Below, piece after piece: positions 27,682 through 37,630 of a stretch of DNA of 64,000 nucleotides. Position 1 is the stretch's first letter. Each line of letters opens with the position of its first letter. The DNA lies in IMG/VR virus record IMGVR_UViG_3300032227_000993; one strand, written 5' to 3'. Below the pieces are notes generated by a model, which made no database searches, was not told the DNA's origin, and was given only the letters and a program-made list of their open reading frames with translations. Position numbers and translations under genes: made by a program. The DNA comes from a virus (Duplodnaviria; Caudoviricetes).

Positions 27682-28119
27682 TTACTTCTTTTTATTGCCT
27701 TGATGATAAATCTGGTCTTCGGTAATTACTCGAAACACAAGTCCGTTGGCTCTGGCCCAACGTGTTGCGGCATCCCATTTACAGTAGTTTATAGCAATGA
27801 TAGCCTTGTCGCGATCCTTCATTTTGGATTCAACAATGCTTTGAGCTTTGGGTTTGATTTCAATCAGCTCTGCTCGTGTGGTATCATTTGGACCGCGATA
27901 TGTTACCAAAAAATCTGGAACATACATGGTCATTTTTCCTGTGAGTGGATGACGATAAGGAATACGAACTGCTTCGCTTGCCCAGTTGATAACGTTGTCG
28001 TTGCTGTCAAGGAACATCATAAAAGTCATTTCCCATCCTGAACGATAGCGTGGAGCTCCTTTGCCCACATACTTTGCTGTATTTTTTACTGCGTATGTTC
28101 CCTGGCGAAAGTTTGCCAT
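27682..28119 (-). CDS. head completion nuclease (T4 gp4-like, TnsA-type PD-(D/E)xK)
   Basis: YRSGWE, WASE, YVPDF, IEIKP, KWDAA, FRVITE. Confidence 0.88.
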   Translation of the reverse strand: MANFRQGTYAVKNTAKYVGKGAPRYRSGWEMTFMMFLDSNDNVINWASEAVRIPYRHPLTGKMTMYVPDFLVTYRGPNDTTRAELIEIKPKAQSIVESKMKDRDKAIIAINYCKWDAATRWARANGLVFRVITEDQIYHQGNKKK

Positions 28120-28123
28120 AGCG

Positions 28124-28501
28124 TTACTGCCTGATGTTTCGTGCTACGTAGAAGTTTGGAGTGGTTGGGGCCTTGATGCCCAGCATGGTTGCTGATGATT
28201 GCAAGGTGTTTAGATAGTAGGCAAATGTCAATGTAATTTGAGGAAGGTCTGAACCTTGTGCTTGTACCTGTTGTAGTAACTCCTGAGCAGAAATGCCTGA
28301 TGCGTTGCTGATTCTAAATAGTGTTGCCGCAAAATTTTTAGCCTGTTGATCAGTAGTGAATACACTTCTAAAATAACTGTACACTACATCATACTCTACA
28401 GCCGAGATAGATTCACGATAGCGATAAAAATTATCAAAAATTTGAACTGTGAGATCAATACTGGGGTTGGTTGTGTTAATGGTGTTGTTGGCCATGATCA
28501 A
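28124..28501 (-). CDS. hypothetical virion/tail-module protein
   Basis: ORF track; between gp4 and the tube-like gene. Confidence 0.7.
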   Translation of the reverse strand: MIMANNTINTTNPSIDLTVQIFDNFYRYRESISAVEYDVVYSYFRSVFTTDQQAKNFAATLFRISNASGISAQELLQQVQAQGSDLPQITLTFAYYLNTLQSSATMLGIKAPTTPNFYVARNIRQ

Positions 28502-29700
28502 GGTCCTCCATTAATTCCGTTAGACGGTGGCAATGTGGGTGCCTTAGGAAAAATCATTCCATTGGCCGCATTGACACCTTGGCGTACTGCGTTAGGCACT
28601 GAGTACAAGGCAATGTTGTAAGCGGCTTGATTTAAATCAGCTCGCAAAATTTGATTGAGATTTCTGTTTCTAAATGTGTTGTATGCTGTACCGGCTGTTT
28701 GGACCGCACCAAGAACATTTTGTAATCCGCCTTGACCTGAGGCCAACGCTTGTAAATCTTGGATGCCACCAATGGCAGCGTCGATGAGTCCGCCTTGACC
28801 AAATACTGTGGCTGTGCCGCCCGGGCGAGTGATAGCCGATGGTACGGTGTCGTAGTGTGCTGGATCAGCAAAGCCAGCCACAGTATTGCTAGGCTTGGCT
28901 CCGCCAACTGCGCCGGAATAATATTTTACAGTTTCGTATTCAATGGTCACATCGTTTTGCATGGTGCCAGCACCTTCGTTGTAATCGTAGGTATCGCTGC
29001 CCCAGGATGAAATCAACGGATTAATCAAGGTCCAAGCGGCAAACTTTTTCTGATTCAATCCATAGATTGTGATATCACGAAAGAATGGTGGTTTGCCAGA
29101 TGTGCCGCCGGTGCCTGTGTTGGTACCGTCTGAATAACTTTCGCCCATGAAGCCCCAATTACTATTGGTAATACTTTGTTCATAGATATTATTGTAGTTG
29201 TAGTCGCCGCCGTTGCTTAATGTTTGTAATTTACCAATAGTGCCAGCAGTTGCTGTCACATTGTTGTAGGGCATGGTGGCATCTTTGTAGTAGTATGTGT
29301 AGTAGTTGTACCACATATTACGAATCAAATCTGATTGGTCGTCGTGGAATGTCACGCGACTTGGCTCATAACGAATTTTTGACTGTACTAATCTTTTACG
29401 ATTGTACTGATTCATTGTGGCCACATCAATTTTAAATTTAGGTAGCTCAATGTTTTTGACCATCAAGCCAATGGTGGCTACTTCGCCTGAACCATATGCG
29501 GCCTGTAATGCTGGAATTTGTGCTGTGTTGATGTTGAAAAAAACGTGGAATAAGAACTTAAACCTGGGTGTAAGTTCATATCCGTTTGTTTCAAAAGTTT
29601 TACTAGCGTGAGTGTAGTCTTTTAGACCAGGAACACTGACCGCACCTTGAGCGAATTGCTGTAGAAAGTCTCCGCCTTGGCCGAAGTAGCCGGTACCCAT
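28498..29700 (-). CDS. tail-tube-like baseplate/tube initiator protein (gp54/gp48-like)
   Basis: Tube-fold-like motifs (IELPKF..., YEP.RVTFHDD, ISSWGSDTYDY...VTIEYE); next to tube. Confidence 0.55.
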   Translation of the reverse strand: MGTGYFGQGGDFLQQFAQGAVSVPGLKDYTHASKTFETNGYELTPRFKFLFHVFFNINTAQIPALQAAYGSGEVATIGLMVKNIELPKFKIDVATMNQYNRKRLVQSKIRYEPSRVTFHDDQSDLIRNMWYNYYTYYYKDATMPYNNVTATAGTIGKLQTLSNGGDYNYNNIYEQSITNSNWGFMGESYSDGTNTGTGGTSGKPPFFRDITIYGLNQKKFAAWTLINPLISSWGSDTYDYNEGAGTMQNDVTIEYETVKYYSGAVGGAKPSNTVAGFADPAHYDTVPSAITRPGGTATVFGQGGLIDAAIGGIQDLQALASGQGGLQNVLGAVQTAGTAYNTFRNRNLNQILRADLNQAAYNIALYSVPNAVRQGVNAANGMIFPKAPTLPPSNGINGGP

Positions 29701-29705
29701 GGCGT

Positions 29706-30335
29706 TTAGCCTATGCCAGCGCCGGTAGCGATATCACCAAGTGTACGAGCAATAGTAGTGCCAACACCTTGACCAAGTGGGTCTTGAATTGCGTTATCAA
29801 ATTTGATTGTGATACTGATACGCATTGCTTCGGATGTTCCGTAGTCAGCACCGTTGTAGTTAACGTCACTTAGGTAGCACCCTAGTAACTGCCAAGTTTC
29901 TAGCACAACCGGAGCTTGTGTACCATTGCCGCCGTCTAATATTTCAAATTGTGTAATAAACTTGTAGTCAATACCAGAACTAGCACTTGCTTGTTCCATA
30001 AAATCCAATTGCTTCTGTAACTGCTCGCCTACCAGCTTAGAAACATTGCCGCCTGCGTCATCACGAATATCGCAAGTAACGTCGTTCCATGTGTACTTGC
30101 CAGCAAGTTTAATTGTGGAGTTGTACACTGGCAGTTTGATTTCTTCAAAGTTAACGTGTGGACGATCAAACTTAATGACCTGTTTTGTTAATTCTGTTGT
30201 AGGTGTACTAACGCCAAAGTTCAAAAACGTAACGCGAAAGCGATACGATAGTTTTGGCATTAACAAACCTTGTGTTGGCGAGCTTTGATCACTTGCCAGA
30301 GGCACGGTCATATTAGTTAACGATGATGTTGCCAT
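29706..30335 (-). CDS. tail tube protein (T4 gp19-like)
   Basis: YRFRV, GKYTWNDVT, GCYLSDVNY...ISITIKFD; follows sheath. Confidence 0.88.
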   Translation of the reverse strand: MATSSLTNMTVPLASDQSSPTQGLLMPKLSYRFRVTFLNFGVSTPTTELTKQVIKFDRPHVNFEEIKLPVYNSTIKLAGKYTWNDVTCDIRDDAGGNVSKLVGEQLQKQLDFMEQASASSGIDYKFITQFEILDGGNGTQAPVVLETWQLLGCYLSDVNYNGADYGTSEAMRISITIKFDNAIQDPLGQGVGTTIARTLGDIATGAGIG

Positions 30336-30375
30336 TGTTTAATCTCCTGTATACTTTTATTTAGCTTATTTAATT

Positions 30376-30401
30376 GGGCAAAAATATTGCTATCTTTGCC
30401 C
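30376..30401 (-). terminator. hairpin between sheath and tube
   Basis: GGGCAAAGATA-GCAA-TATTTTTGCCC (GNRA loop) on minus; TAAATA follows at 30358..30363. Confidence 0.55.
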
Positions 30402-30408
30402 GTTTTCT

Positions 30409-33400
30409 TTAGGCAGTGGCCGCACTAGCAATACTTCCAGTATTCTGGATACGCATCGGAATGTAGATGAACTCAACTGCTTTCACTGGCTCGATTGCAA
30501 TGTCAACCCATAATTGATTTTGATCAATACGGCTTGGAGTATTATTTGTACTATCGCAAACTACCAAGTAATCATACAAACCACGTTTAGCCACTAAATC
30601 AATCATTAAACTGGTAATAGCGTTACTAATTTGCTGACGTGTAATTTGATCGTTTGGCTCAAACAAGTATTGTTTACCAATGGTCTCTAAACGACCACGG
30701 ATAAATGCCACTAAACGAGCTACGTTGATACGATCCAGCGCACTTGCTGTGCCTTGTAGAGTCTTGTTACCAAAGTTAGTGATGCCAACACCTGGAATGT
30801 AGGTAATTGGATTGATTTGATTTTGATACAGCACATCACGTAGGCCTTGTCCAACGCCTAATACTTGGAATTCGCCTGTGGTAGATTCAATGTAACCCAA
30901 CTGCAGTGCGTTGTCAACAACACCACGGCGTGTACCAGCAGGTGCCAACCATGGATATGATTGCTCATCACTACGGATAATCGTACGGATCATCATGTGA
31001 CTTGGGCAAGTAACAACTAAACTACCAGTCAAATCTGTTGCTTGGCAACTTGGATAGAACGCACCAGCATAACTGCTGTTGGTTAATTTGCCATCGCCGG
31101 TTGTTAGACCTAGACCGCTGTTGTTTGTTGCCCAGGTTACCACATTGGCTGGAGATAAACGCAACGGAGTATCAACAATTACAAATGCTGTGTTGTTGCG
31201 TTCGTCGTTTAAGGCTGCCATGTTAGGTGCTAATTCTGGATACTGTGGGCAAGCAATCAAGTTGAAAATAAACTGCTCTTCACGTACTGTGGTATTGGAA
31301 TCAATGCCGGCACGTAATGCCTCAACAATGATAGAACGTTGAGCTTGACGGCCCATGTACGGACTGCCATCGGCCTTGTTGCCACTTGCTGTGACCCAAG
31401 CATTGGTTTCGTCTGGTAGTGAAACATCTGGGAATGTTGTGGAATTGAAGTAATTAACTTCAAATGTCTTGACATTAAAACCACTACGACGAGTGTTCCA
31501 TAACAAAATACCATCTGGATACAATGCTGGATTAGGAGCATCTATGTCTAGATAATTGCTGGTCAGCAAACTTTGAATTGTTGGAATTGGATCAGTGATT
31601 GGATTTGTAGTTCCATTTGTTGCCCAACGAGCATCTTCAAAAATAATACCACTTGACTGATTATTATTAGCGTTGTCAATTTGTACCCATTGATCTTCGC
31701 CGTTGACAGTCTGCCAACGATACAACAATGGATAATTTTCTAAGTCACTGGTATTGACCCACAAATCGCCTAATACCAATGGACTCTGCGCTGTGTTAGT
31801 TTGCGTAGTTGGAGCTGTGGCACTGATAATAGGGCCTGTAGCATTGGTCAAACTTAGATTGTAACCACGAGTATCTAGTGTACAATTTTGATAACCAACC
31901 CATGCGCCATTGAATTGAATCATGATATCGGCCTGTGTTGGATCACTGTAATACCAGTATGTACCGTTGTCTGGATCTTGATCAGGTCCTGTGTCAGAAG
32001 CTGTGTAGGTAAAGGTAGGAGTGCTTACCCAGTTAGATAAAATCAAACCAGTAACTGTACCGCTTACATAGTTTGGTCTTACCAAGAAAGTAGCTGTAGT
32101 AAAACCAGCAGCAGTAACCGGAGTCCCGGTGACATTTGTTAAAATAATTGTTCCACCAGCTGAGTGGGTGAATACAATAGCACCGGTACTGCTTACTGAA
32201 GCACTAACATAAGGAACATTGGCAGCACTGACCGCAGAAATAAAATCTGCTGTGGTAGTTCCAGCCAATGTTACTGTAGTGGTTACTGGAGTTGCTGTAC
32301 CAGGTTGTGTTGCTTGGATTGTAAATGAATTGCCGCTGACAAAGGTTTGGGTGGTGTTACTGCCGGTGACCACGGTGGCTCCAGTGGTGTATCTTTCAAG
32401 AATCTGGAAACCAGATGTTTGATTTGACTGTGGATTAACACGACCATAGGTTGATCCAGCTGGAATATTTTGTCCGCCGCCTGATGGGTCTGCGTTGTAG
32501 TCAGCAGCAAAATCGCCTGTGTAAATTGGGCAAGCCTGCGCAACAAACACACCCAGTGTTGAATTGAATTTCTTTACAACAAGATTAGTGCCAAGATTTA
32601 CATTGGTAATTTTTTGCCAGATAGATCCGGTTGGACCTGGAATTGGATCGTATGTATTCCAGCGCGGAACTGTGTAGTTTGGACTTGCCTGATACAGTAC
32701 TGTAGCATAACTACCTGGAGTAATACCCAGGGTTGTCAATGGTGTTCCTGAAGTATTAGCAATGGCAATTCCACTATTTGTTGCTGTAGTGTCGCAATAC
32801 AAGTTTAATGCGCCATTGATATTGGCAGCATAAACTCCAGGAATAGCCAGTGCGTCCAAGGCATTGACAATACCAGTTACAGTATTATTTGGTGCTGTTG
32901 GAACTGTTACTGTGGTACCATTGATTGTAAATGTTTGTCCAGCTGTGATACTGCTTGGAGTTGTTGTGCCTTGAACCGCAGGAAATGATGTGTGCCATTC
33001 GTCGCTACCAACCAACACCCAAGTATTGTACAAATCAGATTGATCTGTAAATGAAGTTTGTGATGCTTGTGGGCCGCCACGCTTGTAGTATGTAGGATTG
33101 TATATACTAGTAGTAACAACCGCATAGTCGCCAATACTGCCATATGATTGCAATGGAACAGTTGACCCAGTTTCTAAGTCAGCAGTATCAGTGATGACCA
33201 ACGGAATTTGATTAGTAAATAAACCAGTAGTTTGGTTCCACTGGAAAATACCCCAGGCTGTGGTTGATGTATCAAGCCAATATGTACCATTGTTTGGAGT
33301 ACCTACTGGACGACTCAAAGTAGCAGTAAGAGCAGCCAAGTCAATATCAGCACGTTGAATGTAGCACTGATTAGTAATGCCCAGGGCAGAATAAGCAGCC

Positions 33401-33690
33401 AACAAGCCGTATTCGTTGAGTTCGTAACCGTTGATAGGGGTGCCATTGGTTGTTTGATAAAAGAACGGAACACCAAATGTAGCAGACAAATCACGCTGAC
33501 TTGTCATTAAGTATAGTTTGTTAGCATTAACTGTTAATGTACCTGGAGCAACTCCTAAGCCATCGCCAGAGACTTTGTTAGATGCTGTTGCAAGTAAAAT
33601 GTATGGTACCGAATTGGTAGCGTTAGGCAAGTATTGACTTTGGTCAACTACTGTGACTTGTACTCCAGGGGATACTAATGTTGTGGCCAT
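30409..33690 (-). CDS. tail sheath protein (T4 gp18-like), 1093 aa
   Basis: LVSPGVQVTVVDQS, WLAPAGTRRG, LYQNQINPI, DRINVARL, LFEPND, AVEFIYIP. Confidence 0.93.
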   Translation of the reverse strand: MATTLVSPGVQVTVVDQSQYLPNATNSVPYILLATASNKVSGDGLGVAPGTLTVNANKLYLMTSQRDLSATFGVPFFYQTTNGTPINGYELNEYGLLAAYSALGITNQCYIQRADIDLAALTATLSRPVGTPNNGTYWLDTSTTAWGIFQWNQTTGLFTNQIPLVITDTADLETGSTVPLQSYGSIGDYAVVTTSIYNPTYYKRGGPQASQTSFTDQSDLYNTWVLVGSDEWHTSFPAVQGTTTPSSITAGQTFTINGTTVTVPTAPNNTVTGIVNALDALAIPGVYAANINGALNLYCDTTATNSGIAIANTSGTPLTTLGITPGSYATVLYQASPNYTVPRWNTYDPIPGPTGSIWQKITNVNLGTNLVVKKFNSTLGVFVAQACPIYTGDFAADYNADPSGGGQNIPAGSTYGRVNPQSNQTSGFQILERYTTGATVVTGSNTTQTFVSGNSFTIQATQPGTATPVTTTVTLAGTTTADFISAVSAANVPYVSASVSSTGAIVFTHSAGGTIILTNVTGTPVTAAGFTTATFLVRPNYVSGTVTGLILSNWVSTPTFTYTASDTGPDQDPDNGTYWYYSDPTQADIMIQFNGAWVGYQNCTLDTRGYNLSLTNATGPIISATAPTTQTNTAQSPLVLGDLWVNTSDLENYPLLYRWQTVNGEDQWVQIDNANNNQSSGIIFEDARWATNGTTNPITDPIPTIQSLLTSNYLDIDAPNPALYPDGILLWNTRRSGFNVKTFEVNYFNSTTFPDVSLPDETNAWVTASGNKADGSPYMGRQAQRSIIVEALRAGIDSNTTVREEQFIFNLIACPQYPELAPNMAALNDERNNTAFVIVDTPLRLSPANVVTWATNNSGLGLTTGDGKLTNSSYAGAFYPSCQATDLTGSLVVTCPSHMMIRTIIRSDEQSYPWLAPAGTRRGVVDNALQLGYIESTTGEFQVLGVGQGLRDVLYQNQINPITYIPGVGITNFGNKTLQGTASALDRINVARLVAFIRGRLETIGKQYLFEPNDQITRQQISNAITSLMIDLVAKRGLYDYLVVCDSTNNTPSRIDQNQLWVDIAIEPVKAVEFIYIPMRIQNTGSIASAATA

Positions 33691-33717
33691 TGTAAAATCC
33701 TTTTAATTAATTATTAA

Positions 33718-33793
33718 TATTTAGCCGATAAGGTAAAAAGAAGGCATATTGTGTGCCTATATTTAGGTTCGTGATGCTGCGGCGGAATAAGTA
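33718..33793. promoter_or_regulatory. divergent late-type motifs (sheath / HNH)
   Basis: TAAATA minus 33718..33723; TAAGTA plus 33788..33793, 5 nt before ATG 33799. Confidence 0.55.
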
Positions 33794-33798
33794 AGGTT

Positions 33799-34143
33799 AT
33801 GAGACCTATATGCCCTGTGTGCAATCAAAAACCCTGTGTGATTGCTTACCATAAAAATGAAAGAACCTACTATCAGAATCGGTGCGGGTCTTGTATCAGA
33901 AAAGGCAAAAAAATCAAGTTGCCCAAGCCACGCTGGGAGCTAGATGGTTACAAGAAAAAACCCACCTGTGACAAGTGTGGCTTCAGAAGCAAGTATTCAG
34001 CACAATTACTTGTGTATCATATTGATGGAAATATGAACAACAGTTCTGTGCGAAATCTTAAAACAATTTGCTTGAACTGTGTGGTGGATATTAAGCGGGC
34101 TGATTTACCGTGGCGGCCTGGAGATCTACAACCAGACGCTTGA
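33799..34143 (+). CDS. small HNH-type Zn-finger endonuclease
   Basis: CxxC pairs; HIDGNMNNSSVRNLKTICLNC. Confidence 0.75.
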   Translation: MRPICPVCNQKPCVIAYHKNERTYYQNRCGSCIRKGKKIKLPKPRWELDGYKKKPTCDKCGFRSKYSAQLLVYHIDGNMNNSSVRNLKTICLNCVVDIKRADLPWRPGDLQPDA

Positions 34144-34759
34144 TCTGGCGGTAAAGATTGTCTAGTCCTTCTTCGTTGTTGTCAATGACAGCATCAAACT
34201 CGGTACCAATCCAGGCAGTTTCGCTGGCGTGAATACCGTATGTTTCCAGTTGATTTTTGTTTAGGCGCCACTCTACATTGTTTTTAGGGCCACGATTTAC
34301 TTTTTCAGCACATTGATACCACTCAGGTTCGGGTCCGCGAGTCACACGTATGACAATGCCGCCGGCTGCTTTGATGGCTTTGATTTCGTTGGGGAAACGA
34401 CAGTCGCTGATCACCACATCATCATGGGTTTTGCGTAGTTTGTTTTCCAAGGCTGCAATCCAAATATCATCATGAAAGCTACGACGAGCAACTTCTGTTC
34501 CCCAGACCTGAAGTACGTATCTAGGAGTCAGATACGGCATATCTAGCCGTGTGCTCCACCATGGATCTACTGTTTCGCGCCACTCTCTTGATTCCTTGGT
34601 GCGTCCTTCTAGTAGTTCACGATCCCAGCCGAACACCTGTGCTACTGCGTCTTTGAGAGCATGAGCAAATGATTCTCGTCGAAATTGGTGTATGTTTTGT
34701 AAATAGTCCGCAATGGTATCTTTTCCACTTCCAATTAGGCCACAAATTCCAATGATCAT
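34091..34759 (-). CDS. deoxynucleoside monophosphate kinase (T4 gp1-like)
   Basis: IIGICGLIGSGKDT, SFAHALKD, PRYVLQVWGTE, ISDCRFPNE. Confidence 0.92.
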   Translation of the reverse strand: MIIGICGLIGSGKDTIADYLQNIHQFRRESFAHALKDAVAQVFGWDRELLEGRTKESREWRETVDPWWSTRLDMPYLTPRYVLQVWGTEVARRSFHDDIWIAALENKLRKTHDDVVISDCRFPNEIKAIKAAGGIVIRVTRGPEPEWYQCAEKVNRGPKNNVEWRLNKNQLETYGIHASETAWIGTEFDAVIDNNEEGLDNLYRQIKRLVVDLQAATVNQPA

Positions 34760-35280
34760 TTCATACTCTTAATATTAAGGTGTTTGAATGTTAGTTGTAA
34801 CATATCAATTTGACGCCGACAATCTTCCAAGGCATGATGTGACGTAGGGGGCTTGGGTAATTCTGGGTACAGAGAATAAATGGTGCGAGCATCACGAATT
34901 TTGTAATAGCGCCAAGGCAAACTTTTGCCATATGATTTGTAAGCGTGTTCCAGGATGTTCATGTCGTAGGTGGGACCGTTGGCCCAAATGATATCATGTT
35001 GCCAGGCAATTTTGTACAGGCTGTCCAGGGCCTGGTCCAAGGGTATGCGACCTTCTTCCATGAAGGCTTCGTCCATGGCCGCTCCTTGGGTGGCCCACCA
35101 TTCTATGGTATGGTCTTCAATGGCACGGTTCTCTTGGCTTTCCAAGGTGACTCTAGCATAGTACTGCCGGTCTACATAACCTGTACTGAATGGGTCAAAG
35201 CTCTGTGCGGCTATGGTCAGAATGGTAGCGTCAGGGCCAGTGGCAAGGCCTTCGATGTCAATCATTAAATGTGAACTCAT
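34756..35280 (-). CDS. 3'-5' exoribonuclease/exonuclease (DEDDh)
   Basis: LMIDIE, WANGPTYD, RDART, HHALED. Confidence 0.85.
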   Translation of the reverse strand: MSSHLMIDIEGLATGPDATILTIAAQSFDPFSTGYVDRQYYARVTLESQENRAIEDHTIEWWATQGAAMDEAFMEEGRIPLDQALDSLYKIAWQHDIIWANGPTYDMNILEHAYKSYGKSLPWRYYKIRDARTIYSLYPELPKPPTSHHALEDCRRQIDMLQLTFKHLNIKSMK

Positions 35281-35286
35281 GCTGTT

Positions 35287-35315
35287 ATTGTAGCATGATT
35301 TTAGAGAGATTACAA
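35287..35315 (-). promoter_or_regulatory. sigma70-type promoter (leaderless)
   Basis: TTGTAA-17 nt-TACAAT with TGn; ATG 6 nt later. Confidence 0.7.
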
Positions 35316-35331
35316 CAGATTTTTTGCCGTT

Positions 35332-36102
35332 TTAACCAATGACCCAGGTCAATGGCTGGCTGCCATCTACATAATTTTTAAGGTCTTCGATACACTGGGC
35401 CATGAGCTCTTTGGCTTCGGCTTTCATTGCGGCGCCGTTGAGCGTTGTTCCGCCTTGTGGGCCGGCTATAGTAGCAAACTTTTCACGTGCTTCACCAATG
35501 ATCATCTTGCAATTGGCGTACATAAAGGTACGTATCCATTGACGAATTTGGAAATCTGAAAGCAAATTTACTTCAGGTTTCAAGTTGTATGTCCAAAGTA
35601 GTACATTCTCACCGGTACCTTTTGGATCACGGATCAGTTGTAATTTTTTAGTAACAGGATTCCATGTGTAGTTCATGTAGGCACCAAACATACGTCCGGC
35701 CAGCTCAACATACTGACTGTAGAAATCGTAAGTGGCCAGGCCACCACTCACGTTGAAGTTCATCAGGTACACGTTCAGGCTGGCCTGACTGAATGGATCA
35801 AAGTTGCTGGCAAATGGCCCGGTGGAATCACCAAATGTTCTACGGAAAATTTGACGAACACTAATGACTTCTTGTGGCAAGTCGTAAATGTTTACGTTGG
35901 CCACCAGTTCCATGAACGAGTATGATTCCTCATAGGCATTCTGAGCACGTTGGCGATATGTGCCAATTGTAGCACGATAAGCTGATTCGTAGTGGCTAGC
36001 ATCTAGTTCAAGGTCAATAATTTCGTCTGCTAATTGCAGGCGAACGTATTCAATTAAATCTTGTTTAAGTGCCGCTAGAGTTGATTCGTTTTCAAGTGCC
36101 AT
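35332..36102 (-). CDS. neck protein (T4 gp13-like)
   Basis: GLATY, RMFG, GEAREKF...GPQGGTTLNG; TAAATA at 36122..36127. Confidence 0.85.
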   Translation of the reverse strand: MALENESTLAALKQDLIEYVRLQLADEIIDLELDASHYESAYRATIGTYRQRAQNAYEESYSFMELVANVNIYDLPQEVISVRQIFRRTFGDSTGPFASNFDPFSQASLNVYLMNFNVSGGLATYDFYSQYVELAGRMFGAYMNYTWNPVTKKLQLIRDPKGTGENVLLWTYNLKPEVNLLSDFQIRQWIRTFMYANCKMIIGEAREKFATIAGPQGGTTLNGAAMKAEAKELMAQCIEDLKNYVDGSQPLTWVIG

Positions 36103-36133
36103 TGGTAAGTTTCCTTACCAGTATTTAGCACTT

Positions 36134-37285
36134 TTACCAAGCCTTTAGAATAACCAAATTCTCGTTGCCGCGGCCGTTCCATTTTACTTCAGTGCCTTTG
36201 ATTGCTTCAAACGCTTTGCGAGCCGCTGGTTTTCCTACGGCTGTAATAGTTTTCAGCTGTTCTGCTGGTTTTCTCAAGGTCTTTTGCACTGTTTGTGCGG
36301 CATCAAACGCAATCACAGCAGAACCCTTGATAGTAAATGTGCCCAGGTGCGTGTCTGCTACCACGTGGATAAGTTTGCGCTTGGCGGTGTCGTACAACCA
36401 TGCTTCGCTGGCATTGACTAAACTTGCGGCTGACTGTGACTTGAGTCCTAGGTCAGCAAATTCTCTAAGATATTTAAATTTAGAGGATTGTTTTTCTGGG
36501 CTTACTGCTTTCTTGGCTCTGGGCTTGCGCTCAGTCTTTTTAATGCTGATGTAAGATCCGCAATCAGCTATGACAGTTTCGCAGAATTTTACGCATTGTT
36601 TTAACTGTGCTTTGCTCAGGTGACTGTAGCCTTCAACCAAGTCAGCATCCTTACCTTCTAACACTTCCGTAAATTCAGCCAGGCGTAGGTCCCACACTCG
36701 AGTGATGTTGGGGATCATCTGCGGGCTAATATTCATACCGCGGATCAAGGCAATGGGTTTGAAGTCTGCGCTCATTTTGGCGCCGGCTGTAATAAAATCG
36801 TCAAACATACCTTCAAGTTCACCAGCACACTCTGATGCTTTTTCACGCAGGTGGTCTTGGATGGTTAATTTTGCTACTGCGGCATCGGCGTCTACTTCTG
36901 ATTGTGCCCGTTTCTTTTCTTGCTTGACTCGGAGCATGGCACTAATTTGTTCGTCAATGATGCACTGCTCATGTTCGTTGAGTACTAACCCCAGCAGGGT
37001 CATACGACACACCCAAGCAGGAGTAACACGAATTTGGCTGTCGGGAATGCCACGCATGGTTTTGGCGTCTTTGGCACGTCCGTTGTGATCCAAGTAGTGA
37101 CAAATCATTTCTTTGGCTTCTTTTTTGCCGTAATGATAGTTGTACCACTGGAACGCATTGGCCAGACTCGATAAACGATTAGTATCGTCAGGTTGGGTAT
37201 GCCATTCGGGCTCAAAACCCACATACTTGGTTTCAGCACCCTTGGGGTTTAGTCGTTTGATTGTGTTTTCTTTTTTAGTTGCCAT
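36134..37285 (-). CDS. hypothetical T4-like phage protein (383 aa)
   Basis: ORF track; C-terminal WLYDTAKRKL...IKGS...QKTLRKP motif; own sigma70 promoter. Confidence 0.75.
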   Translation of the reverse strand: MATKKENTIKRLNPKGAETKYVGFEPEWHTQPDDTNRLSSLANAFQWYNYHYGKKEAKEMICHYLDHNGRAKDAKTMRGIPDSQIRVTPAWVCRMTLLGLVLNEHEQCIIDEQISAMLRVKQEKKRAQSEVDADAAVAKLTIQDHLREKASECAGELEGMFDDFITAGAKMSADFKPIALIRGMNISPQMIPNITRVWDLRLAEFTEVLEGKDADLVEGYSHLSKAQLKQCVKFCETVIADCGSYISIKKTERKPRAKKAVSPEKQSSKFKYLREFADLGLKSQSAASLVNASEAWLYDTAKRKLIHVVADTHLGTFTIKGSAVIAFDAAQTVQKTLRKPAEQLKTITAVGKPAARKAFEAIKGTEVKWNGRGNENLVILKAW

Positions 37286-37292
37286 AGCGTGT

Positions 37293-37321
37293 AGTATATG
37301 TTAAATGTGATTAGTTGTCAA
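37293..37321 (-). promoter_or_regulatory. sigma70 promoter (leaderless)
   Basis: TTGACA-17 nt-TATACT; ATG 7 nt later. Confidence 0.85.
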
Positions 37322-37569
37322 CCTATTAAGGCGGCAAAGGTAACCATTTGCTCTAAATTGGTCAGCAGGTCTTGGGCCTGTTGTTCCAGCTCTTTGTACT
37401 TGATGGTTGTTTTTTTGATCCGGCGGCATTCTACCGCTTCCTTGCTGATTTCTGTTACTACCCGATCAACCCCAGCCAGCATTTTGCGTAGGTCGCGGTA
37501 GGCTACCTTGCTTTTTACAGTGGCTATCTGTGCTTCCACGGTGTTTATACGCTGTAATATCTCATCCAT
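37318..37569 (-). CDS. small helical hypothetical protein (83 aa)
   Basis: Start re-set to ATG 37569 (MDEILQRIN); the track's TTG start is the -35 box. Confidence 0.7.
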   Translation of the reverse strand: MDEILQRINTVEAQIATVKSKVAYRDLRKMLAGVDRVVTEISKEAVECRRIKKTTIKYKELEQQAQDLLTNLEQMVTFAALIG

Positions 37570-37576
37570 AACACTA

Positions 37577-37605
37577 ATTATACGGTAAACGGATTTTATT
37601 GTCAA
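37577..37605 (-). promoter_or_regulatory. perfect consensus sigma70 promoter (leaderless)
   Basis: TTGACA-17 nt-TATAAT; ATG 7 nt later. Confidence 0.9.
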
Positions 37606-37630
37606 CCTTTAGGTAGCTAAATACACTACT

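Noticed and set aside
37570-37605. Track start at TTG 37605, and similar extended starts at 7410, 5700, 40975, 42158 and 43512
   Set aside because: These extensions run through promoter boxes or deep into neighbouring genes; downstream ATGs fit promoter spacing or stop-start coupling better.
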